IMG/VR virus record: IMGVR_UViG_3300042868_005761
Span: 64,001-128,000 of that record
Strand: one strand, 5' to 3'
Source of the DNA: a virus
Length of the DNA stretch: 64,000 bases
In this document: positions 17,108 to 26,455 of the stretch, piece after piece
Layout: every line of letters begins with the position of its first letter
Numbering within the stretch: position 1 is the first letter of the stretch
Notes under the pieces: model-generated
What the model saw: the letters and a program-made list of their open reading frames with translations, nothing else
Told to the model about the DNA's origin: nothing
Databases searched by the model: none
Made by a program: the position numbers and the translations under genes

Positions 17108-17572
17108 ATGGAATCAGATATTAAATTAGTAGATCTACGTACGCAGTCTTTAAGAGTAGTAAAGGAGTGCATTAAGATTGCAGAGTCTCTTGGCGCTACA
17201 TCTTTTCGTTTTTATGTTAATCCAACATATATTCGCAATGGTTTAGTAGTCACTAGCATTGTAAAACTAATTGGCGAAGCTCCTCCTGATACTCAGTATC
17301 TAATTGACTTGGCTGGTCTAAAGAATCTTAAGGCTACTGTTGACTTTGCCAAGAAGGTTCTTATCGACGATGGCGAGGCAAACGTAGAAGAGCGTGAAGA
17401 GCTTTTTGTTCCAGCTGTTACTGAAGCTGCTATTGAGTCAGAGAAGGAAGAAGATTCAACATCTATGCCAACACAGAAGTCTGCTTCTAAGAAGCGTGGC
17501 CGTAAGAAAGTTGCCGTAGAAAGCGATGAGCCTTCTGATTCTGATGATCTAGAAACTGAGGAGTCTGAATAA
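17108..17572 (+). CDS. Hypothetical protein with an acidic tail and a KKRGRKK patch
   Basis: 154 aa, AAGGTG RBS. Confidence 0.75.
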   Translation: MESDIKLVDLRTQSLRVVKECIKIAESLGATSFRFYVNPTYIRNGLVVTSIVKLIGEAPPDTQYLIDLAGLKNLKATVDFAKKVLIDDGEANVEEREELFVPAVTEAAIESEKEEDSTSMPTQKSASKKRGRKKVAVESDEPSDSDDLETEESE

Positions 17573-17988
17573 TGCCTGGTTTAACTTATGGTGAAAAAGT
17601 TAATACGGAAATGCTGACTTACAATCACAGCGAGTTTTTTGGACTTGCTGAACTTCCATTTATTACAAATGGAGCAGGAGATGGTAGTCAAGCTACTATA
17701 ATTAATTGCAGTAGCCTTAGTGCATCTCAGGGTCGCTCAAAAAGCATAAGAGTCCAAGCTTCCGATAGTGGAAACCTACCTATTGTTTTTAATCTTTGGT
17801 TTGGTTGCAATCTACCTGAGATTGAACAAGCAATACTTACTGGTACTCCTGCTCAAATACTTTCTATAGGAAGCGTTGATATGACATTTCCAATTGGAAC
17901 AGAATACTTTGCTATTGATTACGATGCTGCTTTAAGTGGTGTATCAATAGCACCTGAGACATTAACAATGTCGATTACAATCGTCTAA
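17572..17988 (+). CDS. Hypothetical protein (last + strand gene)
   Basis: 138 aa, GAGGAG RBS, TAATG overlap. Confidence 0.75.
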   Translation: MPGLTYGEKVNTEMLTYNHSEFFGLAELPFITNGAGDGSQATIINCSSLSASQGRSKSIRVQASDSGNLPIVFNLWFGCNLPEIEQAILTGTPAQILSIGSVDMTFPIGTEYFAIDYDAALSGVSIAPETLTMSITIV

Positions 17989-18000
17989 ATTGAAATAGAC

Positions 18001-18040
18001 AAAAGAAAACCCCAGTCATTGATTTGGCTGGGGTTTTTTA
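18001..18040. terminator. Bidirectional rho-independent terminator at the strand-convergence point
   Basis: AAAACCCCAGTCA (18006-18018), loop TTGATT, TGGCTGGGGTTTT (18025-18037); A-tract before and T-tract after. Confidence 0.9.
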
Positions 18041-18057
18041 TTTCTATCTAATCTAGT

Positions 18058-18258
18058 CTACTTATTTTCAAGTTTCTCAACTCTAGCAGTTAGATCAAAT
18101 AGCTTGCTGTTCATATCTTTTTGTTCTTGCTCTAGCACTGCTTTCAGAGCTCCTACTTGGCGCAGTTTAGGAATACCTTCAATAATCTTTTGAAGATCAT
18201 TGATACGTTTTTCAATAGCACCAATTCTTTCTAGAATATAGTTATTATCAATAGCCAT
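18058..18258 (-). CDS. Small coiled-coil protein at the end of the lysis cassette
   Basis: 66 aa with heptad pattern; GGAGGAG RBS; TAATG overlap. Confidence 0.7.
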   Translation of the reverse strand: MAIDNNYILERIGAIEKRINDLQKIIEGIPKLRQVGALKAVLEQEQKDMNSKLFDLTARVEKLENK

Positions 18259-18557
18259 TACTCCTCCACCTTATCTTCTTTTATTTTTGTATCCGTGCCT
18301 CTTGTTCTATCTATAACATTAGCACCCATATATAATCCTACAAGTCCTACAAAAGCAGTAGTAAATACATCGTCGCCCATTAGCTGAGGAATGATGTAAA
18401 GACCAGTAGCTTGTCCCACTGGACTCATAAGATATAAAAATGTTAACGTATGCAAGGCCCAGTATACCAGGCCAAGCTTACGACTAATATAGCTACTCTT
18501 GTCCCCAAGAAAAGCTCCACTAAATCTTTTGAAGAGTATAGCGGAAAGATTAAACAT
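18258..18557 (-). CDS. Holin-like membrane protein
   Basis: Two hydrophobic segments (SRKLGLVYWALHTLTFLYLM; FTTAFVGLVGLYMGAN), charged C-terminus, directly after the endolysin. Confidence 0.6.
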   Translation of the reverse strand: MFNLSAILFKRFSGAFLGDKSSYISRKLGLVYWALHTLTFLYLMSPVGQATGLYIIPQLMGDDVFTTAFVGLVGLYMGANVIDRTRGTDTKIKEDKVEE

Positions 18558-19102
18558 TATTTCTTACCTAGGTAACGCACAAATCCCACAAGCTTAGCTT
18601 CGTCAAGGTTACGCGAGCGATGATAGACACCGCCACCTTCACGGCTACCGGCCTCATTAGTGTTGCCTTCTATTGTGCCAAACTTAGTAGCGCTAAACAT
18701 AATGCCATCACATATACCAACATGGCCAGTATGTCCTTTAATAAGTCCAGACTGCACTCTTGGTACTTTGACCGGATCACTGCATAGAACAAAAAGATCA
18801 CCTGGCTCAATCTTGAACTTACCAGCTTTTACATCAGCTGGAAGAAAACGTACAAAGTCTTCACGAGTTCTATTACGCGCCCAAAAGCCCATTATAGCTG
18901 AGCTTTGCTTGCCAGCAGGGTTAGCACCAGGATAGGCTTGTCCAAAGACCCAAGCAACAAATGCAGCGCACCAGGCACCACCTACAAGCCAAGCACCAAC
19001 GTACTTCTGAAACTCTTCAACACGAGGTCCGCGGTTACTGTTAGTTGGAATTTCACGCACACCAACTTCTTTTAAAGCAATATCTACAAGATTTTGATTC
19101 AT
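18557..19102 (-). CDS. CHAP-domain endolysin
   Basis: EVGVRE..NRGPRV, AWCAAFVAW (catalytic Cys), PGDLFV, GHVGI (His), TIEGNT. Confidence 0.9.
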   Translation of the reverse strand: MNQNLVDIALKEVGVREIPTNSNRGPRVEEFQKYVGAWLVGGAWCAAFVAWVFGQAYPGANPAGKQSSAIMGFWARNRTREDFVRFLPADVKAGKFKIEPGDLFVLCSDPVKVPRVQSGLIKGHTGHVGICDGIMFSATKFGTIEGNTNEAGSREGGGVYHRSRNLDEAKLVGFVRYLGKK

Positions 19103-19121
19103 AACAATCCTTTTTTAAACG

Positions 19122-20720
19122 CTAGGTCGGCTGTCCTGCCGGTGGTGTAGGTACTGCACAGGGTTGTTCAGTTCCCATAAATCTTAAAATAACATTAAAT
19201 TTATGTTTATCAGAATTAATTTTATGCTGTTGTGAGGTTAGTCCTCTACCGTCTGTTGCACCAATAGATTTAAGATCAGCACTTCTCATTTTGCTATATC
19301 TTGCAGGCCAACTTCCATCAGGTCCTGGATCTGTCCATTCAGGTATATTATGATAATACCAAGCAGCATTCTCTGCTGTTTGATTTTGCCATCCATAAAC
19401 ATTTCTTCCATTACTATCTTGTACTCTTGCTGAGTAGTTCTCAACATTTGAGTACCAACCTGGAACAGTTGTTCCACCATTTCCTTCTATTGAGTAGAAA
19501 ACAAAGTTTTTACCAGTTGCTTCAAACGGGATAACACCTCCGCTTGTTGAAACTAAACTCCTAACCATAGCAATATGACTAAGGCTTAGACTTGATCCTT
19601 TCCCATAAAGGCCATTGTAGTATTTCAATGCTAGCTCTGAGGTAAGCTGCGATGGATCAGTAATTTCTCTATTCATAACGCGAAGACATTGAACAAAATC
19701 AGGACTTCCAATTTTAGGTTTATTGTCCATAAAGAAGTATAAGTCTCCTTGTTGAAGATGTTCTCTTCCATTCAATACATCTTGGACTGTAATCTGTTTC
19801 CATCTTTTGTCTTTGAAAGATCCACCCCATATACCACTGCAACTTCCAAAGTTTCCAGTACCTCGAACTGGAGACGTAAAAGTGGGCTCTCCTTTACTAA
19901 CTGACAAATAGTCTGCCCAATAGTCTGACAGTGCAGTCTGCAAAAAAGCACACCACATACCTAATGAAGGAGTAGGGGCTGGCCCTTGTAAGTCATCATT
20001 GCCTACTCTCCGGGCTCCACTTAAAGCCTGGGCTAAGTTGCTAGTAGAACTATTCATTGTTGTGGAAACTAATGTAATTGGCGGAGTATTAGGTGGCAAA
20101 TCTAGTCCGTCATCAGGATATTGTCCACTTTCACTTGGATTTGATTTTGATAGACATTCTATATATATAGGAGAAGAAATAGCTACATTAGGAATTAGTA
20201 AACCATTTTGCTCATCGCTTTCATCTTCTGGATAATTAAATTTTATTTTAAAAACAAAAGCAAAAGATCCTGCATATGGAGAGTCTATATATTCTTGTTT
20301 ATCTGCCTTTACTAGTCCACCTTTATTCCTTAAAGAGCCAATTTTTTGCGAGGCTGAGCCTGCTCCTAAAAGCGTAAAATGCCCACCTCGCAAATATCCA
20401 CTTCCAATATTTGGATATCTTTCTCCGATCGGATCACTAACATAATTTCCAGAAATATAAGGAGGGGCCCATGCATTTTTTGTTGCTTCTGAGTCTACCT
20501 TTAAGGTGTATAGCTTATGAGATGGGCTAGACCCATCTTCTCCATTTATATAAATACCTGACTCAGAAGGGTTAAACCCATATGGGGAATACACATAAAA
20601 AGATAAAGGAATACCTACGTCATCTATAACTTGGCTATTATGCTTAACAAGAACAGAAAAAATTTCCTCACTAAAGGAAAACTGATCAACTAATGTTCCG
20701 TCTGTAGGATTTGGTAACAT
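19122..20720 (-). CDS. Large protein with an insertion-rich CHAP-like domain
   Basis: MWCAF, QGDLYFF, SHIAMV, SIEGN in CHAP order. Confidence 0.6.
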   Translation of the reverse strand: MLPNPTDGTLVDQFSFSEEIFSVLVKHNSQVIDDVGIPLSFYVYSPYGFNPSESGIYINGEDGSSPSHKLYTLKVDSEATKNAWAPPYISGNYVSDPIGERYPNIGSGYLRGGHFTLLGAGSASQKIGSLRNKGGLVKADKQEYIDSPYAGSFAFVFKIKFNYPEDESDEQNGLLIPNVAISSPIYIECLSKSNPSESGQYPDDGLDLPPNTPPITLVSTTMNSSTSNLAQALSGARRVGNDDLQGPAPTPSLGMWCAFLQTALSDYWADYLSVSKGEPTFTSPVRGTGNFGSCSGIWGGSFKDKRWKQITVQDVLNGREHLQQGDLYFFMDNKPKIGSPDFVQCLRVMNREITDPSQLTSELALKYYNGLYGKGSSLSLSHIAMVRSLVSTSGGVIPFEATGKNFVFYSIEGNGGTTVPGWYSNVENYSARVQDSNGRNVYGWQNQTAENAAWYYHNIPEWTDPGPDGSWPARYSKMRSADLKSIGATDGRGLTSQQHKINSDKHKFNVILRFMGTEQPCAVPTPPAGQPT

Positions 20721-20721
20721 C

Positions 20722-21102
20722 TTATATGTTTCCTTTTAGTCGTTTTTCCGCATATACTCTTCTTGTATTTGCACCACCACTATTAAGCATACTTATATCT
20801 TTTAGAATTGGTTCTATATTCTTTACATTTACTTTTCTATAATAATGGTACCAGTAAGGAACTGCTGTAGTTGGAAGACTTCCCCCTGGACCTGGATTAA
20901 TTCCTATTCCAGTTTCAAGATCTACAAATCTAAAACCCTCAGGTGACTTAAAACTTAAATCTTCCCATGGTCCAAAAACGCCACTTCGTCTACTAAGTGA
21001 CGTATCATGGTTAAATTTTTCATCTGGTCCAAGGAATATTTCACCTATTTCTACTAGTTTTTCATAGTCAGCTTGAGTTAATGTTATGTTTACATTTGCC
21101 AT
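20722..21102 (-). CDS. Hypothetical protein
   Basis: 126 aa, AGGAG RBS, between the two CHAP-like genes. Confidence 0.7.
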   Translation of the reverse strand: MANVNITLTQADYEKLVEIGEIFLGPDEKFNHDTSLSRRSGVFGPWEDLSFKSPEGFRFVDLETGIGINPGPGGSLPTTAVPYWYHYYRKVNVKNIEPILKDISMLNSGGANTRRVYAEKRLKGNI

Positions 21103-21111
21103 AATATCTCC

Positions 21112-23058
21112 TTAAACTCTAGGAATTCCAATCTGACAGGCACCAGGCTTGCTTCCATCCATATTACCAACATACGTAACAAAGGCTACACAATTATTGT
21201 TATCTTCGATATCAGTGTGTAAAGATCTTGTAAACTTACAAAACATAGACCCTCCATTAGCACTTTGAGCCATATTAGTATTACCTTCTATTGTCTCATA
21301 GCATGTTGGAACTCCAACAGTACCTCCTAAAACTGTATATGTTAATACTGAATTTTGAACAGTCTTTGCCTCTCCAGTCGTAACACCTGCTGCTGCTTTA
21401 TAAGTATTAGGCCCAACCGAATTAACTTGTAGTCTGAAATTTGCTACTGCATGTAAATCATATCTAGACAAGTCATAATTAGCACCTCTACTTGTTCTTG
21501 GGCCTGCGTAGTCAAATCCTACTTCATTACCAAAGTCTTTTGGTACTAGGATGTCACCTTGAGCATATCCACTTCCTCTAAATTCTTTTATATAAGACCA
21601 AGGAGTCAATGCAACATAATATTTATTACCCCATTCTGGATAGCTAGAGTTTATTAGTGGATTCTGTCCAGCTGTAGGAAGAATATGTCCATGTGTTCTA
21701 GACTGTCCACTGTCCTCGCCGTTAGGGCCTAAAAAGTTATTACCTTTTGGACCAAATAAAGGTCTTTTTCTATCAAGATATTTCCATGGTCTAACCATAT
21801 CTGTTTTAATTGTATAAGGAAAGAGTGAATGATTTAGTTTTTCTTTCCAAGGCTCCACTGTTAACTCAAGTATTAAGGCTTCACCATTGAATGCTGCTCT
21901 TTTTGCAGGATCCTCATGATGCATCTTAATAAGAAGTTTATGTGCTCCTGTTACAAATCCTGTATGTGTACAACGTGGACTGCCTTTTCCGATTTTACTT
22001 GCTTGAGTTTCTGCAACAGTAGGAGTACCATTGGTCCAAACAGCTATATCACCAGGTGATAGGTGGTAAGGCTGAATAGGACTTAAACTAAATGGATCTA
22101 TCATTTTTGAACCATCAGGCATTATTTGCTCTTTCATTAGAACATCTTCTGGAAAATAAAAAGCCCATCTATGATCTTTGCTTCCCCCATTTGCAAAATT
22201 ACCTGGGCCTATAGCCGTATAGATACCACTGCTACTTCCCCAATTAACCTTACTGGTTGCATGTACATTAATGTTATCAGACGGTCTTATTGGAGGACTA
22301 TAAAAATCTGGAATACCATTTTCAAGTAACTTTTCTCTTACTTCCAGAATTCGATTCCAATAACTCCATAAATAATAATCTACAGTATCTCCACACCAAT
22401 ATCTATACCCAAAACAAAGCCTATTTGGTTCTGGTTTCCAAGGAGCTCCTCCAGCTCCAAGCAACGTAACACTACTGGGAATTCCAGTATTGTTTGGGTT
22501 ATAAGCATTTGTAGTCCATACTACATCTTTTGCAAAACGAGTAATCCTATCTATACCCTGATAGTACATAAAATCGCCTTTTGGCCCGCTTTTACCTCTT
22601 ATTGCAGCTGGAATACTATTAGGATTAGGTATTGCCCAATTAGGACCAAAGCTTATAGGGCCACACCATCCATCTCTTGTTACTCTAGATATTCCAGCTA
22701 TACCTCTATTACCATCAAGTCTTAACTCAGAACCTTCATCGCAGATGTACATTAATGGTCGACCATTTCCTATATATTTAAAACCCATTACATCATTGAA
22801 GAATATATCGAATGAATTAAATTGAGGACCATACTCTAGAGTAACAAGCTGAGGCAAGTAACGCGAGGGTAAACAATATTGATTTACTACCTTCTGACCA
22901 TTTTTAACTTCTTCAAGAGATTCAATCCTATGATTAAAAACATCTGAATTTGTAACATTTTTATGTGCACTTTCAAAAGCCCCAGGATACCAATTAGAAC
23001 CATCGGTTTTTTTAATTGCAGGTAAGAATCGAAATGTATGTATAGGATCTCTTGCCAT
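21112..23058 (-). CDS. Large protein with an insertion-rich CHAP-like domain
   Basis: YWCGDTVDY, PGDIAVW, THTGFV, TIEGNTN..ANGG in CHAP order. Confidence 0.65.
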   Translation of the reverse strand: MARDPIHTFRFLPAIKKTDGSNWYPGAFESAHKNVTNSDVFNHRIESLEEVKNGQKVVNQYCLPSRYLPQLVTLEYGPQFNSFDIFFNDVMGFKYIGNGRPLMYICDEGSELRLDGNRGIAGISRVTRDGWCGPISFGPNWAIPNPNSIPAAIRGKSGPKGDFMYYQGIDRITRFAKDVVWTTNAYNPNNTGIPSSVTLLGAGGAPWKPEPNRLCFGYRYWCGDTVDYYLWSYWNRILEVREKLLENGIPDFYSPPIRPSDNINVHATSKVNWGSSSGIYTAIGPGNFANGGSKDHRWAFYFPEDVLMKEQIMPDGSKMIDPFSLSPIQPYHLSPGDIAVWTNGTPTVAETQASKIGKGSPRCTHTGFVTGAHKLLIKMHHEDPAKRAAFNGEALILELTVEPWKEKLNHSLFPYTIKTDMVRPWKYLDRKRPLFGPKGNNFLGPNGEDSGQSRTHGHILPTAGQNPLINSSYPEWGNKYYVALTPWSYIKEFRGSGYAQGDILVPKDFGNEVGFDYAGPRTSRGANYDLSRYDLHAVANFRLQVNSVGPNTYKAAAGVTTGEAKTVQNSVLTYTVLGGTVGVPTCYETIEGNTNMAQSANGGSMFCKFTRSLHTDIEDNNNCVAFVTYVGNMDGSKPGACQIGIPRV

Positions 23059-23062
23059 CTTA

Positions 23063-23596
23063 CTAAAGTCTCCATACGGTCAATATAACACTTGGTACGG
23101 CCGGTCTTTCAAGACCTGGGGTTGTCACTGCTGCTGCAGAAACAATATGAATATTATGATCAGTCGGACTCCACATTAACTGAAAGTAATCGCCCGCCTC
23201 TGCACTGACTACGAAATTCCATGCTGCTACAACTTTAGCTGCGTTTATATTTCCAGTTAATGTAACTTTAGTATCAGTTCTTGGTACATCGTAAGCAGAT
23301 GTTTCCCCATTCTTTCTAAGCCAAATATTCACTTCAGCATGGCCAGAACTTGCAACTCTATCTAACTGAGCAGAGAATGCAATGTTATATACTCCAGTTC
23401 TATTGACTGTAATCTTTGTAGGCTTAGGAGTAGGGCTTTGACTATCAGGCTCAACAGTAATGTTATGACCTTCCTCAAACGTATCGAATTGCATAACATA
23501 CTTTGCATTATTTACTGTTGCTTCTTGAGTACTCATGTCACTGTACACACAGTAATCAACGCTGTTATACTTATTTACTTCACTTGTATATTTCAT
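23063..23596 (-). CDS. C1q/BclA-like jelly-roll virion or tail-tip protein
   Basis: TGVYNIAFSAQL, IWLRKNG, AAWNFVV, GDYFQLMW, PSVILTV. Confidence 0.6.
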   Translation of the reverse strand: MKYTSEVNKYNSVDYCVYSDMSTQEATVNNAKYVMQFDTFEEGHNITVEPDSQSPTPKPTKITVNRTGVYNIAFSAQLDRVASSGHAEVNIWLRKNGETSAYDVPRTDTKVTLTGNINAAKVVAAWNFVVSAEAGDYFQLMWSPTDHNIHIVSAAAVTTPGLERPAVPSVILTVWRL

Positions 23597-23618
23597 ATGC
23601 CCCCAGAATTTCTATTCT

Positions 23619-24662
23619 TTAAGTATATCTAATAGCTTGAGCATATGCAACCTTTAAGGTTGAACTATAAGTTCCACTTGCTGATGGCTGAACAACAGCA
23701 AACAAGCCAAAAGCTTTTGCAGCTGTAGCTCTTTGGAGCCCCGAAAAAACTCTTACATTCTTCCAAGGATTATTACCAACTTTAACAAATGCTCTTTCTC
23801 CTTCTACGTAAAGCTGTACGAGTGTTTCTGATGTCATAACATCTTCAGTATTTGTTCCGCCCGCAGCTGTTGTATAAGTAGTACAATTCTGAGCATTAAA
23901 GAATAGACCATCTTTAGTACCGCCACTTCCCGAGCTGTCATATCCTCCAAAATCAACACTTGAAGATCCATTTTCATATTGCAATCTTATATTAACAGAT
24001 CCACTTATGCCACCGCCCCCGCGCACTAATGATTGGCTAACCAATCCTTTAAAATAAAATTTTGTTGTAGTGGATATATTAGTATCTGTAAAAGTATATG
24101 CTGTATATGCTCCGGTGCTAAGATTCTGAGTTGCAGTTGCTCCTAACGTTAAAGCAGTAGGCCCGCCTACACTAATAGCTGAAGTTGTTGCAGTTGCAAC
24201 ACCGAGAGTACCAGTTCCAGAGCCATTTGATAGTGTCTGAGTCCACCCAGTTGGACTAGTTGAGTCGCCTTTTATAGATTTAATATTATCAATAGTTTTA
24301 CCTACAAGACGAGTCGGTAAGAACACATTATTACTAGTATTCCAAACCCAAGACTCATTATAAGTAGTGTCTATAATTTCGCATTTGCTACTTGTATTAA
24401 GACTCAGACCAGTGCCAACCCACACACCACTACCAAATTCTGCTGCTCCTAAGTTTACGTAGGTACATCTTGCATTTTCTAATTTCCATTGCTCGTCTTC
24501 CCAAACACAGACAACAGGATAACTACTACTAAAAAGACTTGTTTCTCCTGTTACTAATATTCTTTGGTCTACATCACCAGACACAGGTAGGTCTCCAAAT
24601 GTAGCAACAGAAACGGCCGGAGCTCCTCCAAAAACATCACTTGTATATACTAGTCCTGCCAT
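23619..24662 (-). CDS. Putative tail fibre / receptor-binding protein
   Basis: Thr/Gly/Ser-rich, beta-strand composition, within the fibre cluster. Confidence 0.5.
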   Translation of the reverse strand: MAGLVYTSDVFGGAPAVSVATFGDLPVSGDVDQRILVTGETSLFSSSYPVVCVWEDEQWKLENARCTYVNLGAAEFGSGVWVGTGLSLNTSSKCEIIDTTYNESWVWNTSNNVFLPTRLVGKTIDNIKSIKGDSTSPTGWTQTLSNGSGTGTLGVATATTSAISVGGPTALTLGATATQNLSTGAYTAYTFTDTNISTTTKFYFKGLVSQSLVRGGGGISGSVNIRLQYENGSSSVDFGGYDSSGSGGTKDGLFFNAQNCTTYTTAAGGTNTEDVMTSETLVQLYVEGERAFVKVGNNPWKNVRVFSGLQRATAAKAFGLFAVVQPSASGTYSSTLKVAYAQAIRYT

Positions 24663-24663
24663 A

Positions 24664-26454
24664 TTATCTTCCGTACATCATTAGCCACATTTGGTTGCCT
24701 ACATATTTAAGATTAAGTAAGCCATAGTCTGTATCTATGGCTATACCACTTGATGCACCTACAATACCATCTGATGCTCCAGCAAGGATTGTAATATTAT
24801 TAGCGGCTGCTCCACCAGTTATATCTGCAACAGTAATTTCATAGCCTACCTTTAACCAAGTTTCTGTAGAGTCTGGAAGTGTTATCTGAGGAGAGTCTGG
24901 AGAAACACTAAAGTCAACTAAGATTATATTAGAAACGTTGGTTAAGGTATACGGCCCATCTGAGCTTGCTACTGTACTAACACGGTTACCACCACCAGTC
25001 AAAGAAGACCCATCTCCTGCATCCAATAAGTCTTTTGTTGCCGGAACAGTCATATATCCGAGACTGTTGAATTGCCATTCATTGGTTCCGACTGCAGTTT
25101 GATTAGTCTTTATAGAAACTTTTCCATCAGCAAAGCTCCCATAATTTGATTCGATTGTTACATCTCCCCCAGTACCATCAAAACTTTGACCACCTAAGAT
25201 ATGGACTAATCCACCATCTCCTACTCCATTAGCATTACCACCGTAGACGTGGACATAACCACCGGTACCAGATCCTTCTGCTGTTCCACCTTCAAGATTT
25301 ACATATCCACCATTACCACTTCCAGCTCCTTTTGCATCACCACCTTGAATATTTGCATATCCACCATATCCAGTACCATATGCAAATCCTCCTCGGACTT
25401 TTACGTCACCTCCTTGGGCGCTTTCTGTATTGTCTGCAAGGCCTAGATAGTCTCCGCAACCTCCCCAGATATAAACATCACCACCTTCGCCAGTTCCGTA
25501 TCCTTGTTGCCCTTGAATAATAAGACGCTGGGCATTTGGATAGTCACTATTTGCAGCTGGTCCAGTGATAATAGTTTCAACATTAGGGCTACCTAATTGT
25601 AGCGTATTTCCTTCTAGGATGTAATCGTAGTCATATCCAATAGTTTGTTTTGTAGGAAGAGTAACTTTTCCATCATTCCCGAATACCCAATCATAAAATA
25701 ACTCATCTGCATCATTATAGGTCCGAATAGAAACTGTATTGTCTCTTGTGTTACCTAAGTCATTATCATTATTTGATACTCGAACATGGGTATTTTCTCC
25801 TCCTAAAAAGAGTACCCCGTTTGATTCATCTTGTTCTCCTCCTGCGCGAATATGGATATGACTAGGAGTAGTAGGGTCAATAATTAAATATTGATCATAG
25901 ATATATCTATTAGCAGATGGAACAAGTTCCATTGTGCCATAGCCACCAAGGTCACCGCTAGCTGTTCCTGCACCAATAATTTTTACATTATCAAATGTAA
26001 TCAATCCAGTATTTGCAGCTCCGCCATTGTTAGTCGCACTAAGTACCGCTTGATATCTAGTAGCTATTTGTGTATCTATATATTCCATCATCTTTAGGAA
26101 AGACTCATATATAGTAGCTGGTCTTACCTCTGTTGTAACTAGGTTATTAGTTACTAGAAATAATGGACTCTTTAGTAGGTAATCGGTGCCGGCATAGGTA
26201 TAGATAGTAGTACCATCTAGTCCGTTTGCGCTGTCGTTTATACTGCCATTTGTAGTCAAAGTAGAGGGCACAGGAAATGTCCATCTAGTGTCAGATATGC
26301 GAACAGGAGATCTTTGACCGGACGTAAAGATAGTTGAAAGCAAGTTAATTCTATTGCCAACAATTTCATAGGACTTAGCAATTTGACGAGTAAAGGTATT
26401 TGGATTTATAAAAATACCAACATCAACTGTTCCTACTGGAGTTATCTGCGCCAT
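24664..26454 (-). CDS. Tail fibre protein with GGxVxIxGG repeats
   Basis: About 7 repeats of GG(D/Y/L)(V/A)x(I/L/V)xGG; C-terminal ITLP..GYEITVAD..GAAANNITI module typical of phage fibres. Confidence 0.7.
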   Translation of the reverse strand: MAQITPVGTVDVGIFINPNTFTRQIAKSYEIVGNRINLLSTIFTSGQRSPVRISDTRWTFPVPSTLTTNGSINDSANGLDGTTIYTYAGTDYLLKSPLFLVTNNLVTTEVRPATIYESFLKMMEYIDTQIATRYQAVLSATNNGGAANTGLITFDNVKIIGAGTASGDLGGYGTMELVPSANRYIYDQYLIIDPTTPSHIHIRAGGEQDESNGVLFLGGENTHVRVSNNDNDLGNTRDNTVSIRTYNDADELFYDWVFGNDGKVTLPTKQTIGYDYDYILEGNTLQLGSPNVETIITGPAANSDYPNAQRLIIQGQQGYGTGEGGDVYIWGGCGDYLGLADNTESAQGGDVKVRGGFAYGTGYGGYANIQGGDAKGAGSGNGGYVNLEGGTAEGSGTGGYVHVYGGNANGVGDGGLVHILGGQSFDGTGGDVTIESNYGSFADGKVSIKTNQTAVGTNEWQFNSLGYMTVPATKDLLDAGDGSSLTGGGNRVSTVASSDGPYTLTNVSNIILVDFSVSPDSPQITLPDSTETWLKVGYEITVADITGGAAANNITILAGASDGIVGASSGIAIDTDYGLLNLKYVGNQMWLMMYGR

Positions 26455-26455
26455 A

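Noticed and set aside
23063-26454. Diversity-generating retroelement or invertible cassette acting on the fibre genes
   Set aside because: No reverse transcriptase, recombinase or template/variable repeat pair seen in this window
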